64,000 nt of DNA from Actinomycetes bacterium. GTDB taxonomy: Bacteria > Actinomycetota > Actinomycetes > Nanopelagicales > Nanopelagicaceae. The translations under genes were made by a program, and so were the position numbers. This document shows positions 36,089 to 48,185 of the stretch, piece by piece (the stretch's first letter is position 1; each line of letters begins with the position of its first letter). Below the pieces are notes generated by a model that was not told where the DNA came from, ran no database searches, and saw only the letters and a program-made list of their open reading frames with translations. Where the stretch lies: contig JANYCW010000014.1 in assembly GCA_025360085.1 (NCBI GenBank), forward strand, positions 28,357-92,356. The letters run 5' to 3'.

Positions 36089-39000
36089 GTGTATTTGAAG
36101 AGCATCACTCTGAAGGGCTTTAAGTCCTTTGCCTCCTCCACCACGTTGCGCCTTGAACCTGGAATCACATGCGTGGTTGGCCCCAACGGGTCGGGTAAAA
36201 GCAACATCGTCGATGCCCTGACGTGGGTCATGGGTGAGCAAGGCGCCAAATCTCTTCGTGGCGGCAAAATGGAGGACGTTATCTTTGCCGGCACAAGTGG
36301 ACGTGCACCCCTTGGACGGGCAGAAGTTTCTTTAACGATTGATAACGTCGATGGGGCGCTGCCAATCGATTATAGCGAAGTAACTATTTCACGAATTCTT
36401 TTTCGAAATGGGCACAGCGAGTATCAAATCAATGGTGAGGCAACTCGACTGCTAGATATTCAAGAGCTCTTAAGTGATTCCGGTATTGGCCGAGAAATGC
36501 ACGTGATTGTTGGTCAAGGCCAGTTAGATGCAATTTTAATGGCGACCCCAGAAGAGCGACGTGGATTTATTGAAGAGGCTGCCGGCGTTCTCAAGCACCG
36601 AAAGCGAAAAGAAAAAGCGCTGCGGAAATTGGATTCTATGCAAGTAAATCTCGCCCGCGTGCAAGATCTCACCATTGAACTTCGACGACAATTACGCCCG
36701 CTTGGTAAACAGGCAGAAGTAGCTAAGAAGGCGGCAACAATTCAAGCCGATTTACGCGATGCAAAACTTAGAATCTTGGCCGACGATTTCATTGCACTGT
36801 CAAAGACACTCGATGCAGAAGTGGCTGATGAGACCGAACTTCGCGAGCGTCGCGCCATCGTGGAGGCTGAAGTTGCCTCCATTCGCGCACGCGAAGAATC
36901 TCTAGACGCGTTGGCAGCCATCGAAAGCCCATTACTTGTTGAGGCCCAAGAAACTTATTATCAATTAAATTCTTTGCGAGAAAAATTTCGTGGGACGCAG
37001 AGTTTGGCGCAAGAGCGTTCGCGTTTTCTCAATGATGAGGCGCAGGAAGCTCGTACGTCAGGTCGCGATCCTGAGACATTGGAAAAAGAGGCTGGTGTTT
37101 TGCGGGAGGAAGAAAGTGACCTTCGTGCGGCTGTTCTGGCTTCGCGACAAACTTTGGTCGATACTACGAAGGAACTCTCGGGCAGTGAACACAGACTCAA
37201 AATTGAAGAAGATAAAATCGCCGCGGCGATGCGGGCAATTGCCGATGCGCGCGAAGGTACAGCGCGGCAAGAAGGTCATATTAAATCTTTACAAGCCCGT
37301 CTAGAAGCTATTTCGCAGGAGTTAGAACGTTTAACTCGATCCCGAAATGAAGCTCAAAATCGTGTTGATACGGCTGCACGCGATTATGCAACGTTTGAAC
37401 TTGATATAGCCGGGGCCGATTCAGGAGAGAAAGGACTTGACTCACAGTTTGAGTTCGCAAAGTCCAACCTTGAATCGACAAAAAAGAGTTTAAATGAACT
37501 GATCGAATCGGAGCGTTTAGCCGATCGCGAGCGTAACGCCGTTGAATCAAAAATCGAAGCCATGAAGTTGACTTCACAAAATCGAGATGGTGCATCGGCA
37601 TTGCTGGGCAATTCGCGGGGCGTGCATATTTTGGGATCAATTGCCAGCCTCATAGAGATTGATTCAGGATGGGAATCAGCGGCCGCGGCCGCATTTGGGA
37701 CATTAGCCGATGCGCTTGTGGTTAACGATTTGACCTCGGCCGTTACTGCTTTGACGGTTTTGCGTGATGAAAACTTGGGGCAGGCCGAGGTTCTAGTCTT
37801 TGAAGGGGTAACGAAGTCTTATCAGTCGATTTCAACATCCCTCACACCATTGAATGTGCACGTGCGCTCCGATGTCATTGGCCCACTTGTAGCATCGTTA
37901 TTGGCCGATATCGTTGTAGCCGATTCGGCTGGTGATGCCAAAGCTATTCTTGACGCACATCCACATCTAAGCGTGGTTACTCGTAATGGTGATGTTATCT
38001 CGCGTAGTCGCGCCCGCGGGGGTTCGACATCTTCTTCTTCCCTCATTGAGATTAACGCCCTCATCGCAGAGTTAGAAATATCTCAATCGGAAATTTCTCA
38101 TACATGTGATCGATTAAAGTTTGAAATTGCGACACAAACAAGTGAACTCTCGAAGTATCAAAGTGGTTATGAACTCTCACTCTCAAAACTCAATGAGTCT
38201 GACGCCCACATCGGTGCCTTGACCGAACAGTTAGCCGTTTCCGGCCAAAATATGAAATCAGCAATGGCTGAAGTTGAGCGGTTAAATGCACATATAGAAG
38301 AGGTAAGCGCGGCCAAAGCTGGGGATGAAGGTGAGTTAATTATTGCCCAAAACCAACAGCACCAGCAGGGTGCGATTGCCCAGCCTGATCACACGAATGC
38401 TGAAAACTTTCGAAATGCGGTTTCAGTGGCGCGTACAGCAGAGGTTGAAGCCCGACTAGCGGTCCGTACGACTGAGGAACGAGTTACGTCAATTTCGGCT
38501 CGAGCGCTAGCACTGGAAAATACAGCTCGCAGCGAACGCGAAGCATCCGAGCGCGCAGTTATTCGACGTAGCGCGCGAGCGCGAGCCGCGCTAATTTCTC
38601 AAGCCATTGCCGAAGCAGCCTATGAAGTTCTAATACATATCGAACGTTCTATTTCAAAGGCTGCCATTGAGCGCGCGAAATTAGAGGGCTCACGTGTTAG
38701 TCGTGAAGGTGAAACACTGACGGTCAGATCTCGTGGGCGCGAACTAGTGAGCGAACTTGAAGCTTTAACAACGAGTGTTCATCGAGATGAAATCGCACGT
38801 GCCGAACAGAGAATGCGAATTCAATCACTAGAGAATAAAACCGCCGAAGAGTTTTCAATTGATACCGAGACCTTGGTGGCTGAGTACGGACCGGAAAATG
38901 ATGTTCCTACCTTTTTTGAAAATGAAGCGGGTGAAATCGTTACGACGGAGCTCATTCCATATCGTCGAGATCAGCAAGAGAAACGACTCGCCTCTGCAGA

Positions 39001-39625
39001 GCGTTCGCTCAACCTCCTAGGAAAGATTAACCCACTTGCGTTAGAAGAGTTCTCATCACTTGAAGATCGTTTGAAATTTTTGGCCGATCAATTAGAGGAT
39101 TTGAAGAATACTAAGAAAGATCTCCTTGAGATTATCAAAGAGGTCGATGATCGCGTTCAGTCGATATTTATGGAGGCCTTTGAAGATACGGCCCGTCATT
39201 TTGAAGATATCTTTGCTCGTCTCTTTCCGGGCGGAGATGGTCGCTTAATTTTAATCGATCCTGAAAATCCTTTAACAAGTGGAGTTGATGTGGAAGCCCG
39301 CCCACCGGGAAAGCGAATTAAACGTCTCTCCCTACTCTCGGGTGGAGAAAAATCTTTGACGGCCGTTGCCATGCTCATTGCTATCTTTAAAGCCCGTCCT
39401 AGTCCCTTCTATGTACTCGATGAAGTTGAAGCCGCCCTTGATGATGTCAACCTAGGGCGATTGTTAGGCGTACTGGAGGAGCTACGGGCGAGCTCTCAAT
39501 TGATCATCATTACGCACCAAAAACGCACCATGGAGATCGCCGATGCACTGTACGGCGTAACAATGCGTGGAGACGGAGTCACGGAAGTTATTTCGCAACG
39601 CTTGCGTGAATCTGACGCAATTTAG
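36089..39625 (+). CDS. smc: Chromosome partition protein SMC
   Basis: GPNGSGKSN, long coiled coils with hinge, LSGGEKSL, LDEVEAALD and ITHQ. Confidence 0.97.
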   Translation: MYLKSITLKGFKSFASSTTLRLEPGITCVVGPNGSGKSNIVDALTWVMGEQGAKSLRGGKMEDVIFAGTSGRAPLGRAEVSLTIDNVDGALPIDYSEVTISRILFRNGHSEYQINGEATRLLDIQELLSDSGIGREMHVIVGQGQLDAILMATPEERRGFIEEAAGVLKHRKRKEKALRKLDSMQVNLARVQDLTIELRRQLRPLGKQAEVAKKAATIQADLRDAKLRILADDFIALSKTLDAEVADETELRERRAIVEAEVASIRAREESLDALAAIESPLLVEAQETYYQLNSLREKFRGTQSLAQERSRFLNDEAQEARTSGRDPETLEKEAGVLREEESDLRAAVLASRQTLVDTTKELSGSEHRLKIEEDKIAAAMRAIADAREGTARQEGHIKSLQARLEAISQELERLTRSRNEAQNRVDTAARDYATFELDIAGADSGEKGLDSQFEFAKSNLESTKKSLNELIESERLADRERNAVESKIEAMKLTSQNRDGASALLGNSRGVHILGSIASLIEIDSGWESAAAAAFGTLADALVVNDLTSAVTALTVLRDENLGQAEVLVFEGVTKSYQSISTSLTPLNVHVRSDVIGPLVASLLADIVVADSAGDAKAILDAHPHLSVVTRNGDVISRSRARGGSTSSSSLIEINALIAELEISQSEISHTCDRLKFEIATQTSELSKYQSGYELSLSKLNESDAHIGALTEQLAVSGQNMKSAMAEVERLNAHIEEVSAAKAGDEGELIIAQNQQHQQGAIAQPDHTNAENFRNAVSVARTAEVEARLAVRTTEERVTSISARALALENTARSEREASERAVIRRSARARAALISQAIAEAAYEVLIHIERSISKAAIERAKLEGSRVSREGETLTVRSRGRELVSELEALTTSVHRDEIARAEQRMRIQSLENKTAEEFSIDTETLVAEYGPENDVPTFFENEAGEIVTTELIPYRRDQQEKRLASAERSLNLLGKINPLALEEFSSLEDRLKFLADQLEDLKNTKKDLLEIIKEVDDRVQSIFMEAFEDTARHFEDIFARLFPGGDGRLILIDPENPLTSGVDVEARPPGKRIKRLSLLSGGEKSLTAVAMLIAIFKARPSPFYVLDEVEAALDDVNLGRLLGVLEELRASSQLIIITHQKRTMEIADALYGVTMRGDGVTEVISQRLRESDAI

Positions 39626-39635
39626 AAGTTAGATC

Positions 39636-40475
39636 ATGGCGCTTTTTAGTCGCTTCATTGCGAAAATTAGAGGTGAAAACTCTTTTTCACCTTCGGATTG
39701 GCGCGAATTAGAGATTGAACTCTTAGCGTCGGATATTGGCCCAACGCTGACAGGACAATTACTTGATGCCGCTAAAAAAATAAAAGATAAGAACGCAGTA
39801 CCTGAACTCAATCAGAGTTTAACTTCACATCTGTCGACTAAATCACGTCTACCACTAACTAATCCGCTGGGTACGACGGTGGTTATGGTTGTTGGGGTCA
39901 ATGGCACAGGTAAGACAACATCAGTCGCCAAATTAGCTGCACATTTTAAAAACACCGGAGCATCCGTCATTGTGGCGGCAGGTGATACGTTTCGAGCCGC
40001 CGCGGTAGAACAACTTCAGACGTGGGGATCACGAATAGGCGTCGAAGTAATTTCAGGCAAAGCACATGGAGACCCAGCTTCAGTCGCCTTTGATGGCGCA
40101 AAGGCCGCTCACGATGCTAACGTCGATTTTTTAATTATAGATACAGCTGGGCGTCTACATAATAAAAGTGATCTTATGAGCGAGCTTGCAAAAGTCAAAC
40201 GAGTGGTCGAAAAAATCTCCCCCGTGAATGAAGTGTTATTAACAATTGATGCGACAACTGGTCAAAATGGTTTGCTGCAGGCAAAGATTTTTCTCGCAAG
40301 CGTCGATGTCACTGGAATTATTCTCACTAAATTAGATGGCAGTGCGCGTGGTGGCATCGCCCTAGCAATTGAGAGCGATTTGGATATCCCGATAAAATGG
40401 ATCGCTACGGGGGAGTCGGAGCGCGATTTTGCTCCCTTTAAGCCAGAGACCTACATTTTGGGCCTGCTTACGTAA
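39636..40475 (+). CDS. ftsY: Signal recognition particle receptor
   Basis: GVNGTGKTT, DTFRAAA, DTAGRL and TKLDGSARGG. Confidence 0.96.
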   Translation: MALFSRFIAKIRGENSFSPSDWRELEIELLASDIGPTLTGQLLDAAKKIKDKNAVPELNQSLTSHLSTKSRLPLTNPLGTTVVMVVGVNGTGKTTSVAKLAAHFKNTGASVIVAAGDTFRAAAVEQLQTWGSRIGVEVISGKAHGDPASVAFDGAKAAHDANVDFLIIDTAGRLHNKSDLMSELAKVKRVVEKISPVNEVLLTIDATTGQNGLLQAKIFLASVDVTGIILTKLDGSARGGIALAIESDLDIPIKWIATGESERDFAPFKPETYILGLLT

Positions 40476-40550
40476 CCTCGTTGTAACACTTGGCGTTTTT
40501 TGCAACGTCCACGAAATGCCGACGAGCCTCATCTGTAACGCTTTTAAGAC
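40472..40550 (+). promoter_or_regulatory. GlnR-box-like elements upstream of amt-glnK-glnD
   Basis: GTAAC-n6-GTAAC (40472-40487), GCAAC-n6-GAAAT (40502-40517) and GTAAC-n6-AAGAC (40535-40550). Confidence 0.65.
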
Positions 40551-40612
40551 ATCTTTGCGCCTATCTCAAAGGCGAGGGTTCGTTATTCTATTATTCGAAA
40601 GACGGCTCACTT

Positions 40613-42252
<1,640 letters not shown>

Positions 42253-42262
42253 GATAGGCAAC

Positions 42263-44539
42263 ATGGGAACGCGTGAGAGACGTGAGCGATCAAATGCCAG
42301 TGATCGCACGCTTCTCTCACTTTTTTCTAGCGCGGCCCTTGAGCACCTTGGGGTCAAAGGCGAGAAAGGTATTGCCGTTGCCGCAGTCGGAGGTTATGGA
42401 CGTGGAGAGCTTTCGCCTGGTTCAGATTTAGATATTCTGATTCTTCATCAAGGGCAGTTCGACGGCGAAAAACTCAATAATTTTGTTAACGCTCTTGTAT
42501 ATCCGCTGTGGGATACCAACTCCGTGGATTACTCAGTTCGTACTCGAAGTGAGACGAGCAAAGGCGCGTCTGTCGATCTCAAGGTTGCACTGGGTTTATT
42601 GGATCTACGTTTTGTTTGTGGCGATGCCGATTTGGTTGCCAACGTGGCTCGCGACAGTGTGCAGAGTTGGGAGAGGAATGCGCGGGCACGCCTTCCTGAA
42701 TTAAAACTGACAATGGCGGCGCGTCATGAGCGCGCAGGTGAGTTGGCATACCTTCTGGAGCCAGATATTAAAGAGGCTCGTGGTGGTCTGCGAGACATCG
42801 CCGCATTACGGGCAATCGCCTTATCGGGAGTTGTCCCTGTACCGCTGGAGCGAATTAGTTGGGTCGAATCGACTCTTAATAATCTGAGAGAGTCGTTGCA
42901 TATTTCGACTGGAAGAGACAAAGATCGATTACTTTTTCAGGAGCAGGACAAAGTTGCAGCAACTCTTAATTATGCCGATGCCGATGCAATGATGAGCGAG
43001 GTAGCTCGGGCCGCACGTTTAGTTGACTATCTTCTCGACTACACATGGCACTCTTTAGAGAACCAAGCTAAAGGAAATTTTGGACGGTTTTCAAGAAAAC
43101 AAAAAACGGTTTCAGTTGCAAAAAACATTAGTGTGCGTGATGACGAAATTATTATAGATTCATCAGTGTCAATGATTGATGATCCAGTGATTGGACTTCG
43201 GGCAGCGGCCATGGCCGCCCAACTAGGCTTGCCGATCTCATTAGACACATGCAGCAAAATTAAAGATTCATTTAAATCGGGTGCAGGACTTCTACCAACG
43301 CCGTGGCCGCGCGAAGCCCGCGAACTTTTGATCTCTCTGCTGGGTGCAGGAGAATCAATGGTACGAATCTTTGAGACCCTTGATCAAGAGGAGATTATCT
43401 TTAGTTGGATACCCGAGTGGCGTCCACTTCGATCTCTCCCTCAACGCAACGCACTTCATCGTCATACCGTTGATCGGCATTTGGTTGAAACTGCTGTGTA
43501 CGCAGGTGCTCTGACCCGAAAGGTTCATCGACCCGACTTACTGCTCTTTGCCGCAATTTTTCATGACATTGGCAAAGGTAGCGATGAGGACCATTCAGAG
43601 CGCGGTGCGCGGTTAATTGCCCCATTGGCTACGCGGATTGGTTTTTCTCCAAGTGATGTTTTAACGGTGCAACTGCTGGTCAAACACCATCTCTTATTAT
43701 CGGCCACCGCAACACGACGAGATTTAGATGACCCGGCAACTATTGCATCAATTATTGATGTTATTCCCGATTTAAATACGATTGAACTTTTGCATGCCTT
43801 AAGTGTCTGTGACGGAGAGGCCACAGGGAGTGCTGGGTGGAGTGAGTGGAAAGCCTCATTAGTGAGTGATCTTGTACATCGAGTGCGACGAAAGATGTCT
43901 GGCTCTATGTTGGCACCTCAGCCGGACCTAAGCGATGCTCAACTTCTTTTGGCACAAAGTGCAACGCTATCGGTTGTTCTTGAAAAGCATGCAAGTGGAT
44001 ACAAAATTGAAATAGTTTCACCCGATAAGCCAGGCTTGCTCTCACTCGTTGCAGGAGTTCTCAATATTTCAAGGTTAGATGTTAAATCAGCGCGAACAAA
44101 GAGCCATGGGCCATCAGCGCTTATGTATTGGATTGTGACACCAGAGCCTTATGCACCGGAAATTACGCAGTTAGGGTTGCGCAATGAAATTGTAAAAGCA
44201 TTTGAGGATTCCACTGTGATCGAAGAAAAACTCATTGCGCGAGCTAAAATCTATGCTTCAATTCCAAGTATTCCGGTTCCAGCACCCGAGGTAGTATTTT
44301 TTAACGATGCAGCCACCGATGCCACCGTCATCGAAGTGCGAAGTCATGACCGCCCAGGTCTGCTCTTTAGAATTGGCTCCACCATTACCCTTGCCAAGGT
44401 CGATATCCGCTCTGCAATTGTTACAACTTTAGGTGCCGAAGCTATCGATACTCTGTATGTGACGGAGTTGCATGGCGGTGCATTAAGCGATGCCCGCGCA
44501 CAAGAGGTCACATCGCAACTGCGCCTTGCTCTCAAGTAG
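42263..44539 (+). CDS. glnD: PII nucleotidyltransferase
   Basis: AVGGYGRGELSPGSDLD, EPDIKEARGGLRD, HD domain FHDIGKG and C-terminal ACT domains (DRPGLL). Confidence 0.95.
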   Translation: MGTRERRERSNASDRTLLSLFSSAALEHLGVKGEKGIAVAAVGGYGRGELSPGSDLDILILHQGQFDGEKLNNFVNALVYPLWDTNSVDYSVRTRSETSKGASVDLKVALGLLDLRFVCGDADLVANVARDSVQSWERNARARLPELKLTMAARHERAGELAYLLEPDIKEARGGLRDIAALRAIALSGVVPVPLERISWVESTLNNLRESLHISTGRDKDRLLFQEQDKVAATLNYADADAMMSEVARAARLVDYLLDYTWHSLENQAKGNFGRFSRKQKTVSVAKNISVRDDEIIIDSSVSMIDDPVIGLRAAAMAAQLGLPISLDTCSKIKDSFKSGAGLLPTPWPREARELLISLLGAGESMVRIFETLDQEEIIFSWIPEWRPLRSLPQRNALHRHTVDRHLVETAVYAGALTRKVHRPDLLLFAAIFHDIGKGSDEDHSERGARLIAPLATRIGFSPSDVLTVQLLVKHHLLLSATATRRDLDDPATIASIIDVIPDLNTIELLHALSVCDGEATGSAGWSEWKASLVSDLVHRVRRKMSGSMLAPQPDLSDAQLLLAQSATLSVVLEKHASGYKIEIVSPDKPGLLSLVAGVLNISRLDVKSARTKSHGPSALMYWIVTPEPYAPEITQLGLRNEIVKAFEDSTVIEEKLIARAKIYASIPSIPVPAPEVVFFNDAATDATVIEVRSHDRPGLLFRIGSTITLAKVDIRSAIVTTLGAEAIDTLYVTELHGGALSDARAQEVTSQLRLALK

Positions 44540-44551
44540 TCTTAGCTCACT

Positions 44552-45985
44552 ATGTTTGATTCACTTACCTCGCGCTTTAGTGCAACGTTCACGTCGTTGC
44601 GCTCGCGTGGAAAGATTTCCAGAAACGATATTGAGACAGCCTGCTCCGAAATAAGGACAGCGTTACTTGAATCCGACGTGGCTTTGGAAGTTGTCGAAGA
44701 TTTCATTTCACACATTGCAGAAAAATCAATAAATACCCTTGCCACACTGCAATCAGGGGCAAACCAATCAGGGGCGATTTTTGACATAGTTAATGCATCT
44801 CTCATTGAAATTTTAGGTGGACAAGCCAGGAGAGTACGTTTTTCTAAAAATCCGCCAACGGTGATTATGTTAGCTGGCTTGCAAGGCGCGGGTAAGACAA
44901 CGTTGGCTGGAAAGTTAGCTAAGTATTATGCCGACCAGGGAAACACTCCGCTGCTTGTCGCCGCCGATCTTCAACGACCAAATGCCGTCACTCAACTTCA
45001 AGTTGTGGGCGAAAACGCAGGCGTTGCGGTCTTTTCCCCTGAAGCTGGTAATGGTGTTGGAGATCCAGTAAAGGTTGCTAAATCTGGAGTTGAGTTTGCT
45101 AAGGCTAAGCAGTTCAACATGGTCATTGTTGATACTGCTGGGCGCTTAGGTGTCGATGCCGATTTAATGAATCAGGCCAGTGACATTCGTGATGTGCTAA
45201 ATCCGGATGAGATTTTGTTTGTGGTGGATGCGATGATCGGCCAAGATGCCGTGCGTACTTCGCAAGCATTTTTAGATGGTGTTGGTTTCGATGGAGTCGT
45301 TTTAACAAAGTTAGATGGCGATGCCAGAGGAGGTGCGGCTTTGTCCATCGCCTCCCTAACTCAGCGTCCGATTATGTTCATCTCGAATGGCGAAAAACTG
45401 ACCGACTTTGATATTTTCTATCCCGATCGAATGGCATCTCGAATCCTTGGAATGGGCGATATTGCAACGTTGGCAGAGGCGGCTAAAAAAGCATTTGATG
45501 GCGACACATCTGCAAAGCTTGAGGATAAGTTTGCGCGAGGTGAGGATTTCACATTGGAGGATTTCCTCGATCAACTCAGTGCAATTTCGAAAATGGGGAA
45601 CATGTCAAAGCTTCTTGGGATGCTTCCGGGAGCCGGTGCGATGAAGCCACTAGGTAAGAATGGAAACTTTGACGAGGGCGAGATTGTTCGAACGAGGGCC
45701 ATTGTTGAGTCGATGACACCGGCCGAGCGTCGTGACCCTAAAGTATTAAATGGCTCGCGAAGATCGCGCATAGCTCTGGGCTCTGGCCTTAAAACCTCGG
45801 ATGTAAATAATCTCGTCAATCGCTTTAGTGCGGCACAGAAAATGATGCGCCAGGTTCGAAATGGTGGAATGCCTTCAGGGATGGCTGGTAAGGGTATGCC
45901 AGCGATTCCTATGAAAAAGCCAATCCCTAAGAAAAAGTCCAAGTCGGGCAATCCCGCTAAACGAGCGCTAGAGGAGTCAGGGTAG
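44552..45985 (+). CDS. ffh: Signal recognition particle protein
   Basis: GLQGAGKTT, DLQRPNA, DTAGRL, PDRMASRILGMGD and a Met-rich M domain. Confidence 0.97.
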   Translation: MFDSLTSRFSATFTSLRSRGKISRNDIETACSEIRTALLESDVALEVVEDFISHIAEKSINTLATLQSGANQSGAIFDIVNASLIEILGGQARRVRFSKNPPTVIMLAGLQGAGKTTLAGKLAKYYADQGNTPLLVAADLQRPNAVTQLQVVGENAGVAVFSPEAGNGVGDPVKVAKSGVEFAKAKQFNMVIVDTAGRLGVDADLMNQASDIRDVLNPDEILFVVDAMIGQDAVRTSQAFLDGVGFDGVVLTKLDGDARGGAALSIASLTQRPIMFISNGEKLTDFDIFYPDRMASRILGMGDIATLAEAAKKAFDGDTSAKLEDKFARGEDFTLEDFLDQLSAISKMGNMSKLLGMLPGAGAMKPLGKNGNFDEGEIVRTRAIVESMTPAERRDPKVLNGSRRSRIALGSGLKTSDVNNLVNRFSAAQKMMRQVRNGGMPSGMAGKGMPAIPMKKPIPKKKSKSGNPAKRALEESG

Positions 45986-46146
45986 GCGATTTCGCGTATT
46001 AGTGGCCTAGATGGCACAATAAGCACTCTGTTGGAGGGGCCCTCTACCCCCGAACAACATCCACACAACCGATAGTTGAATCGAGCTCACCACGCACCCC
46101 GCTGTGGAGAAAAAGATCTGACACACTCAAACAGGAGATACATTTC

Positions 46147-46704
46147 TTGGCTACAAAAATTCGTTTAATGCGCATGGGCAAAATCCGCACACCATTTTTC
46201 CGCGTTGTCGTTACGGACTCTCGTAAAGCGCGTAACGGTCTCTCCATTGAAGAGATTGGTCGCTATGTTCCAGGACAAGAGCCTTCGCTCATTGAAATTA
46301 ACTCAGAGCGCGCTTTGTATTGGTTAGGAGTCGGTGCACAACCGTCAGAGGCCGTAGAGGCGCTTTTGAAAGTGACGGGAGATTGGCAAAAACATAAGGG
46401 GCTGCCAGGAAGTGAAGGCACGTTGCGTGTAGCCGCACCTCGCATTGGCAAGCACGTCGCATATGAGGCGGCGGTTAAGAACGCGATGGATGAGCCTAAA
46501 GAGGGCGCAACAACATTGAAGAAGAAGGCGCAAGAGAAGTTAGCTGCAAAGGTAAACCCAGTCTCCGAACCAACGGAGAATCTAGAGGTGTCCGTGTCCG
46601 AACCAGTCGCTATCGAAGCGGTGTCCGAGGTTCCAGCAGTAGAAGCGACTACAGATGCGGTGCTTGAAACTGAAGTGCTTGAAAAAGAAACGGTTACCGA
46701 ATAA
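46147..46704 (+). CDS. rpsP: 30S ribosomal protein S16 with an acidic C-terminal extension
   Basis: KIRLMRMGK...[10 protein letters not shown]...[11 protein letters not shown] start follows the SD AGGAG. Confidence 0.97.
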   Translation: MATKIRLMRMGKIRTPFFRVVVTDSRKARNGLSIEEIGRYVPGQEPSLIEINSERALYWLGVGAQPSEAVEALLKVTGDWQKHKGLPGSEGTLRVAAPRIGKHVAYEAAVKNAMDEPKEGATTLKKKAQEKLAAKVNPVSEPTENLEVSVSEPVAIEAVSEVPAVEATTDAVLETEVLEKETVTE

Positions 46705-46706
46705 TT

Positions 46707-46946
46707 ATGATGGATGAGGCCCTCGAGCATTTAGTAAAGGGAATCGTTGATAATCCTGCCGATGTTGTTGTTACTGAGAAGACACATCGTCGTGGAACAA
46801 CTCTTGAGGTACGTGTAAACCCGCAAGATATCGGCAAAGTTATTGGGCGCAATGGTCGCACCGCTAAGGCGTTGCGCACGGTTGTTAGCGCGCTCGCGGG
46901 TCGCACTGTTCGTGTCGATCTTGTCGAGACCGACGAACCTAACTAA
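46707..46946 (+). CDS. khpA: KH-domain RNA-binding protein
   Basis: DIGKVIGRNGRTAKALRTV. Confidence 0.95.
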   Translation: MMDEALEHLVKGIVDNPADVVVTEKTHRRGTTLEVRVNPQDIGKVIGRNGRTAKALRTVVSALAGRTVRVDLVETDEPN

Positions 46947-46964
46947 GTACGTATACACATCGCC

Positions 46965-47468
46965 ATGCGTTTACTCGTAGGGCGTATTGGTCGCGCCCAT
47001 GGGATTCTAGGCGAGGCCACGATTGAAGTTAGAAGCGATGACCCAGATGCGCGCTTTGCTGTCGGATCAGAGCTCGGAACTCAAGATCATGGCACCTTAA
47101 CCATCACTTCGGGCCGCGTACACAATGGCGTTTTGTTACTGGGTATTGCGGGCTACCACAATCGTAACCAGATAGAAAAACTAAGAGATACCTTGTTGTA
47201 TGCCGAAGTTGATATCGAAGAGGTACGTGCAAATGCCGATGATTATCACGTTCTGCAGTTAATTGGCTGTACCGCATTTCTTGAATCAGGTGAGCTCTTT
47301 GGCCAAGTTACCGATGTTATAAATCTGCCTGGACAAGACTTACTAGCGATTTCTACCCCTACACATGAGTCATTGATTCCCTTCGTACATCAGCTAGTTC
47401 CACTCGTAGATATTGCCGCCAAAAGAATAGTTGTGATTCCACCGAATATGAGCGAGGTGATTACATGA
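46965..47468 (+). CDS. rimM: Ribosome maturation factor
   Basis: VGRIGRAHGILGE, PGQDLL and LIPFV; position between khpA and trmD. Confidence 0.93.
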   Translation: MRLLVGRIGRAHGILGEATIEVRSDDPDARFAVGSELGTQDHGTLTITSGRVHNGVLLLGIAGYHNRNQIEKLRDTLLYAEVDIEEVRANADDYHVLQLIGCTAFLESGELFGQVTDVINLPGQDLLAISTPTHESLIPFVHQLVPLVDIAAKRIVVIPPNMSEVIT

Positions 47469-48148
47469 AGATAGATGCAGTAACGATTTTTCCCGAGTAC
47501 TTTGCGCCATTGAAACTATCACTGCTGGGTAAGGCAAGTGAGTCAGGAATCGTTGATTTCCATATTCATGATTTGCGCCACTTTGCAAGTAACAATCACC
47601 ATAGTGTCGACGACACACCTTACGGCGGTGGCGCAGGAATGGTGATGTTGCCACAGATTTGGGGCTTAGCTCTTGATCCGATAATGGTCGATGACACTGA
47701 TTTAATAATTTTGACACCAGCTGGAAAACGTTTTGACCAAGCAATGGCGGCCAAATTTTCAACTGCGCGTCATCTGATTTTTGCATGTGGGCGCTATGAA
47801 GGAATCGATGATCGAGTTCGACAATATTATTCAAGTGAACTCTTTGTAGGTAGAAATATTCGAGTGCATGAAGTATCTATTGGGGATTATGTATTAAGTG
47901 GAGGAGAAGTTGCATCTCTTGTGATGATTGAGGCGATCACAAGGTTACTTCCTGGTGTTCTTGGTAACCCCGAATCACTCAATGAAGAATCGCATAATCA
48001 CGATGGGTACCTTGAATATCCCAACTTTACCAAGCCGTCAATCTGGCGAAATATTGCCGTTCCAGAGATTTTATTGAGTGGCAATCACGCAGAAATCACT
48101 AAGTGGCGGAATGAACAAGCCCAAAGGCGTGCAGAAAAAAATTTATAA
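47465..48148 (+). CDS. trmD: tRNA (guanine37-N1)-methyltransferase
   Basis: VDDTPYGGGAGMV, CGRYEGID and SIGDYVLSGGE. Confidence 0.97.
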   Translation: MKIDAVTIFPEYFAPLKLSLLGKASESGIVDFHIHDLRHFASNNHHSVDDTPYGGGAGMVMLPQIWGLALDPIMVDDTDLIILTPAGKRFDQAMAAKFSTARHLIFACGRYEGIDDRVRQYYSSELFVGRNIRVHEVSIGDYVLSGGEVASLVMIEAITRLLPGVLGNPESLNEESHNHDGYLEYPNFTKPSIWRNIAVPEILLSGNHAEITKWRNEQAQRRAEKNL

Positions 48149-48185
48149 CTGGCAAGTAGCACCTGTTGTACCGTAGCGTACGACC

